A stretch of DNA of 64,000 bases from Acidimicrobiia bacterium (GTDB lineage Bacteria; Actinomycetota; Acidimicrobiia; IMCC26256; PALSA-610), in the NCBI GenBank assembly GCA_026002935.1, contig BPGH01000001.1, forward strand, positions 171,965 to 235,964, in the 5' to 3' direction. A program made the translations under genes and the position numbers. Below are positions 26,621 through 38,413 of this stretch, in pieces (position 1 is the first letter of the stretch; the number at the start of each line of letters is the position of its first letter). The notes below the pieces were generated by a model. The model made no database searches and was not told the origin of the DNA. It saw only the letters and a program-made list of their open reading frames with translations.

Positions 26621-27112
26621 TCAGTCCTTGCGCGCCAGGACGACGGCGCCGATCAGCGCGGCGAGCAGGAGGATGCCGACGACCTCGAAGGGGATGATGT
26701 AGGTGCGGAAGACCGCGTCGGTCACCTCGATCGTGCGCGTCGGCGCCTCGAGCTCGATCTCGGTGTCCTCGAAGGCGTCGACGAGCAGCGCCCCGAGGAT
26801 CCCGACCAGCGCGACCGCGACGACCAGCCCCGGCCACTTCAGGTCGTTGTCGAGCGACTCCTTCGGCTGCATCGGTGCGCGGGTGAGCATGATCCCGAAC
26901 AGGAACAGCACGATCACCGCGCCGATGTAGACGAGCACCTGCACCCAGGCGACGAACTCCTGGCCGAGCAGCAGGAACTGCCCCGCACCACCCGCGAGGA
27001 CGACCACGAGGTACAGCGCGGCGTGCACGACGTTCTTCGTCGTGACGACACCGATGGCGCTCAGCACCATCGCCGCCGCGAGCACGCCGAACACGACGTT
27101 CTGCGCGATCAT
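26621..27112 (-). CDS. nuoJ: NADH-quinone oxidoreductase subunit J, operon 1
   Basis: 163 aa (...AALYLVVVLAGGAGQFLLLGQEFVAWVQVLVYIGAVIVLFLFGIML...). Confidence 0.85.
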   Translation of the reverse strand: MIAQNVVFGVLAAAMVLSAIGVVTTKNVVHAALYLVVVLAGGAGQFLLLGQEFVAWVQVLVYIGAVIVLFLFGIMLTRAPMQPKESLDNDLKWPGLVVAVALVGILGALLVDAFEDTEIELEAPTRTIEVTDAVFRTYIIPFEVVGILLLAALIGAVVLARKD

Positions 27113-27137
27113 GCCGCGCGCCCTCCCCGGCGGGCCC

Positions 27138-27620
27138 TCACTTCTTCCCCTTCACCTCGGCGCCGATCTCGAGCGGTTCGGGCTCGGGGACCGTCGCCAT
27201 CCACTCGCCGAGGCGCTCCTTGTCGTGGAGCAGGTCGGCGATCCTCGGCTCGCTGTACTCGTACTCGGGGCTCCAGAACAGGGCGTCGAAGGGGCAGACC
27301 TCGACGCAGATGCCGCAGTACATGCACAGCGCGTAGTCGATGTCGAAGCGGTCGAGCACGCTGACGCTCCGCGGCCGGCCCCCCTCGCGCCGCGGCGGCC
27401 GCGTCTCCTTGTGCCCCTCGATGTAGATGCACCAGTCGGGACACGAGCGAGCGCACAGCATGCAGACCGTGCAGTTCTCCTCCTTCAGGGCGATCACGCC
27501 GCGCGCCCGTGTCGGCGGGTCCTCGCGCTCGTGCGGGTACTGCACCGTGACCGCGGGCTTCGTCATCGTCCGGAACGTGACGCCGAGGCCCGTCAGCATC
27601 CCCTTGATCTCGCGCTTCAT
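27138..27620 (-). CDS. nuoI: NADH-quinone oxidoreductase subunit I (2x[4Fe-4S]), operon 1
   Basis: 160 aa with [12 protein letters not shown] and [12 protein letters not shown]. Confidence 0.9.
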   Translation of the reverse strand: MKREIKGMLTGLGVTFRTMTKPAVTVQYPHEREDPPTRARGVIALKEENCTVCMLCARSCPDWCIYIEGHKETRPPRREGGRPRSVSVLDRFDIDYALCMYCGICVEVCPFDALFWSPEYEYSEPRIADLLHDKERLGEWMATVPEPEPLEIGAEVKGKK

Positions 27621-27633
27621 GGCTCGCTCCGCA

Positions 27634-28680
27634 TCAGAAGGCCACCTTCAGCACGCCCGTCGCGAGGATGTTGACCAGCGCGATCGGGATCAGCCACTTC
27701 CAGGCCAGCGCCTGGAGCTGGTCCTCCCGGAACCGCGGGTACGTGAAGCGCGCCCAGAACATCAAGAACGCGACGATCATCATCTTCACGAACAGCAGCG
27801 CCGGACCGAGCAGGTCGAAGAGGAGCTGGTCGGTGCCGAAGGGGTCGCCCCAGGGCAGGCCCCAACCGCCGAGGAAGAGGGTCGCGGCGAGCGCGGAGAA
27901 CGCGAACGCGGTGCCGAACTCGCCGATGAAGAAGAAGAGGAACCGGAACCCGGTGTACTCGACCATGTAGCCGGACACGAGCTCCGACTCCGCGACCGGC
28001 ATGTCGAACGGCGGCTGGGTCAGCTCCGCCTGCGCCGCCACCATGAACACGGCGAAGCCGACGAACTGCGTCAGGATCAGCGGCAGCCCGATCCCGCCGA
28101 ACCCGAAGATCTCGGCGTCGCTCTGGTACGCCACGATCCCCTGCAGGTTCATCGTGCCGGCCTGGATCACCACGCCCACGACCGCCAGCACGAGCGGCAG
28201 CTCGTACGCGATGAGCTGCGCCGCGGCGCGCAGGCCACCGAGCAGCGCGTACTTGTTCGCGCTGGCCCAGCCCGCCATGAGCACCCCGACCACGCTGAGG
28301 CTCGAGACGGCGAGCGCGTAGAACACGCCGACGTCGAGCGGCGCCACGACGATGCGCGGCCCCGCGGGGATCACGACGAACACGAGGAACGTCGACATGA
28401 CGACGACGGCCGGCGCGAGCGCGAAGACCTTGCGGTCGGCGTGCTCGGGCATGATGTCCTCCTTCTGGAGGAACTTCAGGCCGTCGCCGATGAGCTGGTA
28501 CCAGCCGTGGAACCCCCCCGGGTCCATCGGACCGAGGCGGCTCTGCATGTGGCTCATCATCTTCAGCAGGAAGACGTAGCCGAGGATGAGCGCGCCGAGC
28601 GGCACGATCCCGAGGACGACGAGCGTCTTGATCCCGAGCGTCGTGCCCCAGCCGATGTCGACCGCGAGGGTGGGTGTCAC
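27634..28680 (-). CDS. nuoH: NADH-quinone oxidoreductase subunit H, operon 1
   Basis: The GTG at 28680 overlaps the nuoD stop (GTGA). Motifs: ...[35 protein letters not shown]... and ...[32 protein letters not shown]... Confidence 0.9.
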   Translation of the reverse strand: MTPTLAVDIGWGTTLGIKTLVVLGIVPLGALILGYVFLLKMMSHMQSRLGPMDPGGFHGWYQLIGDGLKFLQKEDIMPEHADRKVFALAPAVVVMSTFLVFVVIPAGPRIVVAPLDVGVFYALAVSSLSVVGVLMAGWASANKYALLGGLRAAAQLIAYELPLVLAVVGVVIQAGTMNLQGIVAYQSDAEIFGFGGIGLPLILTQFVGFAVFMVAAQAELTQPPFDMPVAESELVSGYMVEYTGFRFLFFFIGEFGTAFAFSALAATLFLGGWGLPWGDPFGTDQLLFDLLGPALLFVKMMIVAFLMFWARFTYPRFREDQLQALAWKWLIPIALVNILATGVLKVAF

Positions 28681-29892
28681 CGGTCGATGTCCCCCAGGAT
28701 GAAGTACAGGCTCGCGAGGATCGTGATCACGTCGGGCACGTAGACGCCGCGCAGCAGCCACGGCAGGATCGAGACGTTGCTGAACGACGCCGACCGGATC
28801 TTGACGCGGAACGGGCCCGTGGCGCCCTTCGAGACGACGTAGTAGCCCATCTCGCCCAAGGGGTTCTCGGTGTTGACCCAGACCTCGCCCTCGGGAACCT
28901 TGATGATGCGCGGGACCTTCGCCATGATCGGGCCGCTCGGCATCCCGTCGACGAGCTGCAGCACCATGCGCGCCGACTCACGTGTCTCCTGCAGCCGCAC
29001 CCAGTAGCGGGCGAACGAGTCGCCGTCGGGGTGGGTCCACACCTTCCAGTCGAGCTGGTCGTACACCAGGTACGGGTCGCCGTCGCGCCGCAGGTCCCAG
29101 TCGACACCGCTCGCGCGCAGGTTGGAACCGGAGACGCCGTAGGCGGCACCCAGCTCGGACGGGATGATCCCGATCGAGCGGGTCCGCTGCTCGAAGATCG
29201 GGTTGCCGACGACGAGGTCCTCGAACACGTCGCACGACTCGAGCACCTTGCGCATCGCCTCGCGGCAGTCGGCGATCCAGCCCCACGGCAGGTCGTCCTT
29301 GAGCCCGCCGATCCGGTTGAAGTTGGGGTGGAACCGGCCGCCCGTGACCGCCTCGATCAGGTTGAGCACGTACTCCCGGTCGCGGAAGCCGTAGAACGCC
29401 GGCGTGATGGCGCCGACCTGGAGTCCCATCTCGCCGAGGAACAGCAGGAACGTCGCGATCCGCGACAGCTCGGTGAGCGTCGTGCGGATCCACTGGCGCG
29501 CGCGGCGGCGCCTCGATCCCCATGAGCCGCTCGGCCGCGTCGACGAACGGCACCTCGTTCGCGAACGACGACAGCCAGTCGATGCGGTTGATCAGCGTCG
29601 TGATCTGCGGGTAGGTGCGGAACTCGGTCAGCTTCTCGTAGCCCCGGTGCATGTAGCCGATCACCGGGTCGGCCGCGACGACGCGCTCGCCGTCGAGCCG
29701 CACGACGAGGCGCAGCGTGCCGTGGGTGGCGGGGTGCTGCGGCCCGATGTTGAGCACCATGTCGCCGGTGTCGAGCTCGACGTTCATCTGGCTGTCGGCC
29801 AGGTGCCGGTACAGCGTCGGGTCGACGTCGAAGCTCGGGAGGCCGCCGGGCGGCGGCAGGTCGGGGGGACGGTTGGTGCCGGTGGTCGTCAC
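28677..29892 (-). pseudogene. nuoD: NADH-quinone oxidoreductase subunit D, operon 1; one frameshift as assembled
   Basis: The N-terminal part (VTTTG...[44 protein letters not shown]...MGIEAPPRA) is in one frame. [32 protein letters not shown]...[13 protein letters not shown] is in ORF 28677..29429. One extra nt lies near 29495-29497. Length 1216 nt. Confidence 0.85.
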
Positions 29893-30554
29893 GCGTCCGC
29901 ACCCCCCTCGCCGTCGTCGGCCGACTCGCCGGGCATGGGCTCGACGTCGACGAGCCCGGGCCACGGCTTCACCTCGCGCGCGAGCAGCGGGAAGTCCTTG
30001 CGCAGCGGGTGACCCTCGAACTCCGCGGGGAGGTAGAGGTGGCGCAACGCGGGGTGCCCGTCGAAGACGATGCCGAACATCTCCCACGTCTCGCGCTCGT
30101 GCCAGTCCGCGCCGGGGTACACGGGGACCCACGACTCGGCGCGCGGGTCGTCGGCGTCGACGTCGGTCTTCAGCGTCACGCCCCAGCGCGGGCGGTGCGT
30201 CGACTCGACGTGCGCGAACACCTGGAAGCGGCCCGCCGAGCCCGCGACCCCGAAGGTCATCTCCTTCGGCTGCACCGGGGAGGACGTGTCGCCCGACCCC
30301 TCCTCGGCCGCCGACGGGGCCGGCATCCAGTCGATCGCGGAGACGAACGACAGGTAGTCGCAGCCGAGGCGTTCCTTGCAGACCTCGGCCGCCCGCCGCC
30401 AGGCGTCGGGCGCGACGCGCACGACGAGCGCCCCGAGCGCCGAGCCGTGCTCGACGAGCGCGTCGCCCAGTTCGGCGCGCAGGCGCTCGAGGATCGCCCG
30501 GGCCGGCTCCGAGAGGTCGGGGGCGGCGCCGACGGCCGTGCCGGTGTCAGCCAA
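29889..30554 (-). CDS. nuoC: NADH-quinone oxidoreductase subunit C, operon 1
   Basis: ...[46 protein letters not shown]... A TTG at 30554 overlaps the nuoB end. The start is uncertain. Confidence 0.8.
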   Translation of the reverse strand: MADTGTAVGAAPDLSEPARAILERLRAELGDALVEHGSALGALVVRVAPDAWRRAAEVCKERLGCDYLSFVSAIDWMPAPSAAEEGSGDTSSPVQPKEMTFGVAGSAGRFQVFAHVESTHRPRWGVTLKTDVDADDPRAESWVPVYPGADWHERETWEMFGIVFDGHPALRHLYLPAEFEGHPLRKDFPLLAREVKPWPGLVDVEPMPGESADDGEGGADA

Positions 30555-31062
30555 CGACGATCGGCTCCCGCTCGTCGGCCGGCTGCGCGCCGGCGCCCCG
30601 GTAGCCCTCCTGGATCCGCTGCTGCAGCAGCACGATCCCCTGGATGAACGCCTCGGGCCGCGGCGGGCACCCCGGCACGTACACGTCCACCGGGATGATC
30701 TGGTCGACACCCTTGGTGACCGAGTACGAGTCCCAGTAGGGGCCGCCGCAGTTCGCGCACGAACCCATCGAGATCACGTACTTCGGGTCGGGCATCTGCT
30801 CGTAGAGCCGCTTGATCGCCGGCGCCATCTTGTCGGTGACCGTGCCGGAGATGACGATCAGGTCCGCCTGGCGCGGGCTCGCCGGGAACGGGATGACGCC
30901 CAGCCGCATCACGTCGTAGCGCGGGCCGGCGAGCGCGGCTCCCATCTCGATCGCGCAGCACGCGAGGCCCCACTGGAACATCCACAGCGAGTACTTGCGG
31001 CTGTAGTCGAGCAGCCAGTTGACGGGCTTGAGGAGCTTCGCGTCGGATCCGGCTAGGCCCAC
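30547..31062 (-). CDS. nuoB: NADH-quinone oxidoreductase subunit B, operon 1
   Basis: ...[85 protein letters not shown]...[12 protein letters not shown]... The proposed start is the GTG at 31062. Confidence 0.85.
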   Translation of the reverse strand: MGLAGSDAKLLKPVNWLLDYSRKYSLWMFQWGLACCAIEMGAALAGPRYDVMRLGVIPFPASPRQADLIVISGTVTDKMAPAIKRLYEQMPDPKYVISMGSCANCGGPYWDSYSVTKGVDQIIPVDVYVPGCPPRPEAFIQGIVLLQQRIQEGYRGAGAQPADEREPIVVG

Positions 31063-31415
31063 TTGAGCAACCCCTTGCGCCAGACGTACGCGAGCCCGAG
31101 CAACAGGACCCCGATGAAGATCGTCATCTCGATCAGGCCGAACCACTCCAGGCCGTCGACGTCGATCGCCCAGGGGAAGATGAAGACCGCCTCCACGTCG
31201 AAGATCACGAAGAGCAGGGCGTAGATGTAGTAGCGGACGTTCGCCTGCCCGAAGAGCGGGAGCGGGTCGGCGCCCGATTCGTACGTGACGTACTTCTCGT
31301 CCTGCGGGTTCGTCGGCCGCAGCAGCCGGGCGAGGCCCAGCATCGCCCCCACCATGCCGAAGGCGGCCACGACGAACACCGCGACGGCGAGGTACTGCCT
31401 GTAGAACTCGGTCAC
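31053..31415 (-). CDS. nuoA: NADH-quinone oxidoreductase subunit A, operon 1
   Basis: [32 protein letters not shown]...[11 protein letters not shown]...[24 protein letters not shown]..., 120 aa. Confidence 0.85.
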   Translation of the reverse strand: MTEFYRQYLAVAVFVVAAFGMVGAMLGLARLLRPTNPQDEKYVTYESGADPLPLFGQANVRYYIYALLFVIFDVEAVFIFPWAIDVDGLEWFGLIEMTIFIGVLLLGLAYVWRKGLLKWA

Positions 31416-31557
31416 GCCGCGCCTTTCGAACCCGGCCCGGTGGGGAGACGCGCGGAGTATACGCGGGGGCGATTTTCGGCCGCGGAATCGGGCGGGGGGC
31501 GCGAACCTCGCGTCCTGCGCCGGAAATACCGGCCGTGCGGCGGGCGTCGGGAGGGTC

Positions 31558-32547
31558 GTGGAACGGCGACGAGCACCGCACAAGGTGACCGGGGTCCGCG
31601 CCGATGTTCGCGCCATGGGAGCGCGGCTCACGTTCCCCGGATCGGATCGCTCGCGGCCCCGCCGGCGGGGTCCGGGGCGGCCGCGCACCGCGTTCGTGCT
31701 CTCGGGCGGCGGGAACCAGGGGGTCGCGCAGGTCGGCATGTTGCGCGCGCTGCTGGAGCGCGGGATCGTGCCCGACGTCGTCGTGGGGACGTCGGTGGGG
31801 GCCCTCAACGGCGCGGCGATCGCCTACGCGCCGAACCTCACCGGCGTCGCGCGCCTCGAGGCCGTGTGGTGCACGCTCACGGCGGCCGACGTGTTCCCCG
31901 GGGGCCGGCTCCACCGGGCCTGGAACGTCGTGCGGCGCGGCACCCACCTGTTCCCGAGCGACGGGCTCGAGGCGCTGATCGCCCGGGCGACGCCCGCTCG
32001 CACGTTCGGTGACCTCGCGGTCCCGCTGCGTGTGGTGGCGACGGACCTCGACTCCGGCGAGGAGGTCGTGCTCGCCCGCGGGCCGCTCCAGCCCGCCCTG
32101 CTCGCCAGCGCGGCGCTGCCGGGCGTGTTCCCGATCGTGGAGCACGACGGGCGCCGGCTCGTCGACGGCGGCGTCGTGAACAGCGTCCCCCTCTGGCACG
32201 CGCTCTGCGGCCCGACCGGGCGCGTCTACGTGCTCAACGTGTCGGCGGGCGCGAGCGACCGCCCGCTGCGCTCACCGCTCGACGTCGTCATGACGAGCTT
32301 CCAGCACGCGCGCAGCCAGCGCTTCGACCTCGAGATGCGTGCCGTGCCGGCCGACGTCGAGGTCGTCGTGCTGCCGCGGCCGCCCGACCCGCGCGACCTG
32401 TTCGACTTCTCGGGTGCGCCCGAGCTGATCGCGCAGGCCCACCGGCTCGCGTGCGAGGCCCTCGACGCCGCGCCGCGACCGGGCACGGCCCGCGCCGAAC
32501 CGATCCGGCTGCGGATCGGCCGCCGCCGCCGGGGCGACGTCGCCTGA
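31558..32547 (+). CDS. Patatin-like phospholipase
   Basis: [20 protein letters not shown] is the oxyanion GGG motif. GTSVGALNG is the GxSxG nucleophile. [11 protein letters not shown] is the catalytic DGG. The start is uncertain; an ATG near 31615 is also possible. Confidence 0.8.
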   Translation: MERRRAPHKVTGVRADVRAMGARLTFPGSDRSRPRRRGPGRPRTAFVLSGGGNQGVAQVGMLRALLERGIVPDVVVGTSVGALNGAAIAYAPNLTGVARLEAVWCTLTAADVFPGGRLHRAWNVVRRGTHLFPSDGLEALIARATPARTFGDLAVPLRVVATDLDSGEEVVLARGPLQPALLASAALPGVFPIVEHDGRRLVDGGVVNSVPLWHALCGPTGRVYVLNVSAGASDRPLRSPLDVVMTSFQHARSQRFDLEMRAVPADVEVVVLPRPPDPRDLFDFSGAPELIAQAHRLACEALDAAPRPGTARAEPIRLRIGRRRRGDVA

Positions 32548-32564
32548 CGGGTCCCGGCACCGGA

Positions 32565-34049
32565 TCAGGGCGCCGGCCAGGGGGCGTCGACGGACACGGC
32601 GAACGGTGTGCGCGACCCGGCGGCGCGCGCCGCCGCGTCCGCGGTGGTCAGCCCCGGCGGCGCGAAGTAGTGGGTGCGGGTGAAGACGAGCCGGGCCGCG
32701 GCCCCCCGCAGCGGATCCGTGTTCGGGAGCGCGCCCGTGAGCACGCTGCCCGCGGCGCCCCACTCCTGTGCGTCGGAACCGGTGCACGGCAGCGGCGACG
32801 GCGTCGTGTCGTCGACGTAGCGGGACGTGGCGGCGAGGGTGAGGTCGGTGTCGGTCGAGTGCGCGACGACGAGCGAGCCCTGCGGCCCCTCGTACAGCTC
32901 CCAGGCCAGCGCGCCGGCCGTGACGGCGTCGGGCACGCCGTCGACCGTCACGCCGCCGGGCGCGACGTCGCTGCGGTAGCGCATGCCGCTCGCCGCGGGC
33001 GACAGGTCGAGGAGGTCGTCGGGCCCCTCGGCGAGGGAGTGCACGCGCAGGAACGTCGTGACGTCCTCGCGTTGCGCGTAGAAGACGTGGCGTCGCTGCG
33101 TGTAGGTGCCGCTGTTGGCGCCGACGTAGTCGCGGATCGCCCGCACCGGACCGTCCTTGTTGGTCACGAACGCGCCGTGGCCGGCGGCGAACGTCTGCTC
33201 CGAGCGCCCGCACACGCCCGGCGCGAAGTGGTTCCGGTTGCGGTCGAGGATGTCGACGCCGCTCGCGCCGCGCGACCGGATGCGCAGCACGTCGGTGATC
33301 CAGCGGTCGAGGAAGTGCAGCTCGTAGTGCGCGCTGCGGACGCGGCTGTCCTCGGGGTTCGCGGGCGGCGCGGGCGCGGACGGCGGGTTGCCGACGGGAT
33401 CCGGCCGCCCGTCGAAGTCGTAGTCGTCGGGGTAGTCGCCCGCGAGCAGGTCGAACGAGTACTCGACGTAGTCCCGCCCGGCCCCGGGGTCGAGCGAGCC
33501 GTCCGAGCGGAACAGGTAGAGCCACGCGCGCTCGCCGGGCCGCAGGGGGTCCTCGACCGTCACCTCGACCCCCGCGCCGACCGTCCCCGGGGGCGCGCCC
33601 GCGCCGGGCCCACGGGCCTGCCCGAACGCGTCGCCCGCCATGAACACGAGCTCGTCGTCCGCGTCGAACGTCGCGTCCGGGTCCGCGCCGGTCAAGGTGG
33701 ACGGGTCGGAGTAGGCGAGCACGGGCAACGACCCCGCCGACGTTCCGGCGTGGACGTCCTGCAGGTCGACGGTGTGCCGCTCGTCGACCTGCACGGGGAC
33801 CTGCCGCCACGGCGGGTCGACGAAGCGGTTGTACGAGTACGCGACGATCCGTTCCGGCGACGCGCCGGCCAGCGAGGGGAGCCCGGCCCCGGTCAGCACG
33901 ACGGGGTCGTGCTTGCGGGCGATCGTGCTCACGTCCTGCGGATCGCAGGCCGCGAGGGCCACGAGCGCGGGCACGACGAGGGCGAGGGCAAGTCGGCGCA
34001 CCGGGCGACGAGAGCACCGGGCGGCGCACGCCGTCAAGCCCGGCCGCAC
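32565..34049 (-). CDS. Lipoprotein of unknown function
   Basis: 494 aa. The signal peptide ends in a lipobox (LVALAAC/D). I recognise no family. Confidence 0.55.
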   Translation of the reverse strand: MRPGLTACAARCSRRPVRRLALALVVPALVALAACDPQDVSTIARKHDPVVLTGAGLPSLAGASPERIVAYSYNRFVDPPWRQVPVQVDERHTVDLQDVHAGTSAGSLPVLAYSDPSTLTGADPDATFDADDELVFMAGDAFGQARGPGAGAPPGTVGAGVEVTVEDPLRPGERAWLYLFRSDGSLDPGAGRDYVEYSFDLLAGDYPDDYDFDGRPDPVGNPPSAPAPPANPEDSRVRSAHYELHFLDRWITDVLRIRSRGASGVDILDRNRNHFAPGVCGRSEQTFAAGHGAFVTNKDGPVRAIRDYVGANSGTYTQRRHVFYAQREDVTTFLRVHSLAEGPDDLLDLSPAASGMRYRSDVAPGGVTVDGVPDAVTAGALAWELYEGPQGSLVVAHSTDTDLTLAATSRYVDDTTPSPLPCTGSDAQEWGAAGSVLTGALPNTDPLRGAAARLVFTRTHYFAPPGLTTADAAARAAGSRTPFAVSVDAPWPAP

Positions 34050-34077
34050 CCTCGGGGCGCCTCGTCCCGGCCCGGGC

Positions 34078-34479
34078 TCACTCGCCCCGGTAGGTGCCGA
34101 AGCTCCACAGGTTCCCCTCCGGGTCGCGCACCGTGAAGCCGCGAGACCCGTAGTCCTCGTCGGCCAGCCCGCGCACCACCGCGGCCCCGGCCGCCGTCGC
34201 GCGGGCGAAGAGGCCGTCGGGGTCGTCGCACACGACGTAGACCGCGTCGTTGCCGGGGACGCGGGAGCCGAACGGCCCGTCGTCCTTGCCCGCCGAGCCG
34301 AGCATCACGCCGCCGCCGGGCGGCCAGCGCAGTTCGGCGTGCTCGACGACCGACGGGTCGTCGTCGCGGGCGTACACGCACCGCTCCTCGAAACCGAACG
34401 CCTCCCGCAGGAACGCGATCGCGGCGCGGGCGTCCCGGTAGGAGAGGGTGGGCCAGATCATGGGGTCCGTGGTGGTCAT
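34078..34479 (-). CDS. VOC/glyoxalase-family protein (PhnB-like)
   Basis: MTTTDPMIWPTLSYRDARAAIAFLREAFGFEE...EDYGSRGFTVRDPEGNLWSFGTYRGE, 133 aa. Confidence 0.7.
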   Translation of the reverse strand: MTTTDPMIWPTLSYRDARAAIAFLREAFGFEERCVYARDDDPSVVEHAELRWPPGGGVMLGSAGKDDGPFGSRVPGNDAVYVVCDDPDGLFARATAAGAAVVRGLADEDYGSRGFTVRDPEGNLWSFGTYRGE

Positions 34480-34489
34480 GGGTCCAGCA

Positions 34490-35326
34490 TCACGGTGCGA
34501 CCGCCGCGCCGTCTTGGACGGATGGAACGTCCTCGAGCCGCAGCACGCTCGGCGCGCACCCCGCGAGCGCCGCGAACTCGCGGTCGAGGTGGGCCTGGTC
34601 GTAGTAGCCGCAGGCGGCGGCGACCCGCGCGACCGGCACCGACTGGGGCGAGTGCTGCAGCATCCTCCGGGCCCGCTCGAAGCGCACGACCCGGGCCGCG
34701 AGCTTGGGCCCGAGGCCGAACTCCCCGCGGAAGCGCCGGGCCAGGTGCTGGCGGCTCCACCCCACCTCGGCGGCCAGCGCGCCGACCGCCACCGCACCCC
34801 CCGACCGCACGACGCCCTCCCACGCGACCCGCAGCTCCGGCGCGACGCGCGCGTCGCCGGCGAGGCGCCCGAGCACGGCGTCGCAGACGGCGAAGCGCTC
34901 GGCCCATGACGGCGCGCCCTGCAGCCGCTCCCGGAGCTCGGTCCCCGCGGCGCCGACGACGTCCGCGAGCTCGTAGGAGCGGTTCCACAGCTCGGCCGCG
35001 GGCCGCCCGAGCAGCGCGCGGCAGCCGAGGGGGGTCAGCGCGATCGCGACGCCCTCCTGGTCACCGCCCTGTGCGACGAGCGCCGGCGTCGCGTGCAGGC
35101 CGCTCACGACGCAGCCGTACCGCTGCGGCGGCTGGGCGGGATCGGTCTGCGCGACGACGTCGATCCCGCCGCCGATCGCGGCGATGAACGTGAGGTGGCG
35201 CGAGGGCAGCCCGCGGTGCAGCCCCGGCGGGAACCCGCTCAGCCGGTAACCGAGGTAGCCGTCGACGAACGGGCGCAGCGGCGGTGCGGGCGGGCGGTGC
35301 ACCGACTCGGCGCTCGGGGCGGCCAC
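34490..35326 (-). CDS. AraC-family transcriptional regulator
   Basis: The C-terminal HTH pair reads VGALAAEVGWSRQHLARRFRGEFGLGPKLAARVVRFERARRML...VARVAAACGYYDQAHLDREF. The proposed start is the GTG at 35326, just below the nuoN stop. Confidence 0.75.
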   Translation of the reverse strand: MAAPSAESVHRPPAPPLRPFVDGYLGYRLSGFPPGLHRGLPSRHLTFIAAIGGGIDVVAQTDPAQPPQRYGCVVSGLHATPALVAQGGDQEGVAIALTPLGCRALLGRPAAELWNRSYELADVVGAAGTELRERLQGAPSWAERFAVCDAVLGRLAGDARVAPELRVAWEGVVRSGGAVAVGALAAEVGWSRQHLARRFRGEFGLGPKLAARVVRFERARRMLQHSPQSVPVARVAAACGYYDQAHLDREFAALAGCAPSVLRLEDVPSVQDGAAVAP

Positions 35327-35336
35327 GGCGGGGAGC

Positions 35337-36865
35337 CTACGCCCCGGCTCGACCCCCCGCCGCGAGGAGCTGCGTCGCGTCGCGGGCGAAGTCGAGCACG
35401 ACGTCCGGCAACAGGCCGAGGAACAGCACCCCGGCGGCCGCGATCGCCAGGGCGACCGCCGCGGCGAGGTCGACGCGCACGGGCCGGGCCGCCACCGCAG
35501 GGCCGTCGTCCTCGGGCGCGTACATCGCGAGGACGATGCGCAGGTAGACGAACGCGGACACGGCCGCCGCGAGCATGCCGACGAGCGCCAGCCAGTACTG
35601 CCCGGCGTCGACCGCCGCGTCGAACACCGACAGCTTCGCGACGAAGCCACCGGTGAGCGGCACGCCGGCCTGGGCGAGCAGGAACAACGTGAGCAGCGCG
35701 GCGAGCACCGGCTGCGCGCCGGCGAGCCCGCGGTAGTCGGCCAGCTCGTGGCGCCGGTCGCCGCGCCGGCCGACGACCGTCACGACCGCGAAGGCGCCGA
35801 ACACCATGAGCGTGTAGGCCATCACGTAGTAGAGCGCCGCGGTCGTACCGGCCTCGTTGCCCACCTGTACGCCGATGAGCACGTAGCCCGCGTGCGCGAC
35901 CGAGGAGTACGCGAGCATCCGCTTCACGTCGGTCTGCACGAGCGCGGCCACGCTGCCCACGACGAGGGACAGCACCGCCAGCGCCCACACGGCCGGCCGC
36001 CAGTCGACGCGGTACAGCTCGAACGCACCCGCGTACACCCGCAGGATCGCGGCGAACGCCGCCGCCTTCGTCGCGCCACCCATGAACGACACGACCGGTG
36101 TGGGCGAACCCTGGTACACGTCGGGCGCCCACATGTGGAACGGCGCGGCCGCCACCTTGAAGCCGAGCCCGACGAGCATCAGCACCAGGCCGGTGAGCAG
36201 CACCCCCTCCTCGAGGAGCGTCGTGCCGGCGAGGAACCGGGCGATGCGCGTGAGGTTGGTCGTCCCGGTACCGCCGTAGACGAGCGCGATGCCGTACAGG
36301 AGCACCGCGGACGAGAACGAACCGAGCAGGAAGTACTTGAGGCCGGCCTCCTGCGAGGTGACGCGCCGGCGGTCGAACGCGACGAGCACGTACAGCGCGA
36401 TCGAGAGGATCTCGAGCGCGAGGAACACGACGATCAGGTCGTTGGCCGACGCCATGAGCATCATGCCCGTGGCCGAGCACAGCATCAGCGCGTGGTACTC
36501 GGGCGCCTCCAGCCCCTCGCGCCGCAGGTACCCGGCCGACAGGAGCAGGCCGAGGAACGTGGCGATCAGCACGACCGTCCTGACGAACACCGCGAACCCG
36601 TCGACGGCGACCATCCCCGCGATCGCCTGGTAGGGGCCGTCGCCGTCGACGACCACCCACTGGACGAACGTGAACACCCCCGCCGCGACGACCCCCACCA
36701 GCGCCGTGAGGAACGAGGCCTCGTCGACCAGGGGACGCCGGCGCGCCAGGGCCCGGCCGAGCACGATCGCGACGGCCGCGCCGAACAGCACCGTCTCGGG
36801 CGCGATCGCGAGCCAGTCGACACGCGGGGTGTCGACCGCCGCGTCGAGCGCCTGGGCGAGCACCG

Positions 36866-36869
<4 letters not shown>
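35337..36869 (-). CDS. nuoN: NADH-quinone oxidoreductase subunit N, operon 2 (14-gene set)
   Basis: MTVLAQALDAAVDTPRVDWLAIAPE...AAPFHMWAPDVYQGSPTPVVSFMG..., 510 aa. The ATG overlaps the nuoM stop (ATGA). Confidence 0.9.
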
Positions 36870-38409
<1,540 letters not shown>

Positions 38410-38413
<4 letters not shown>

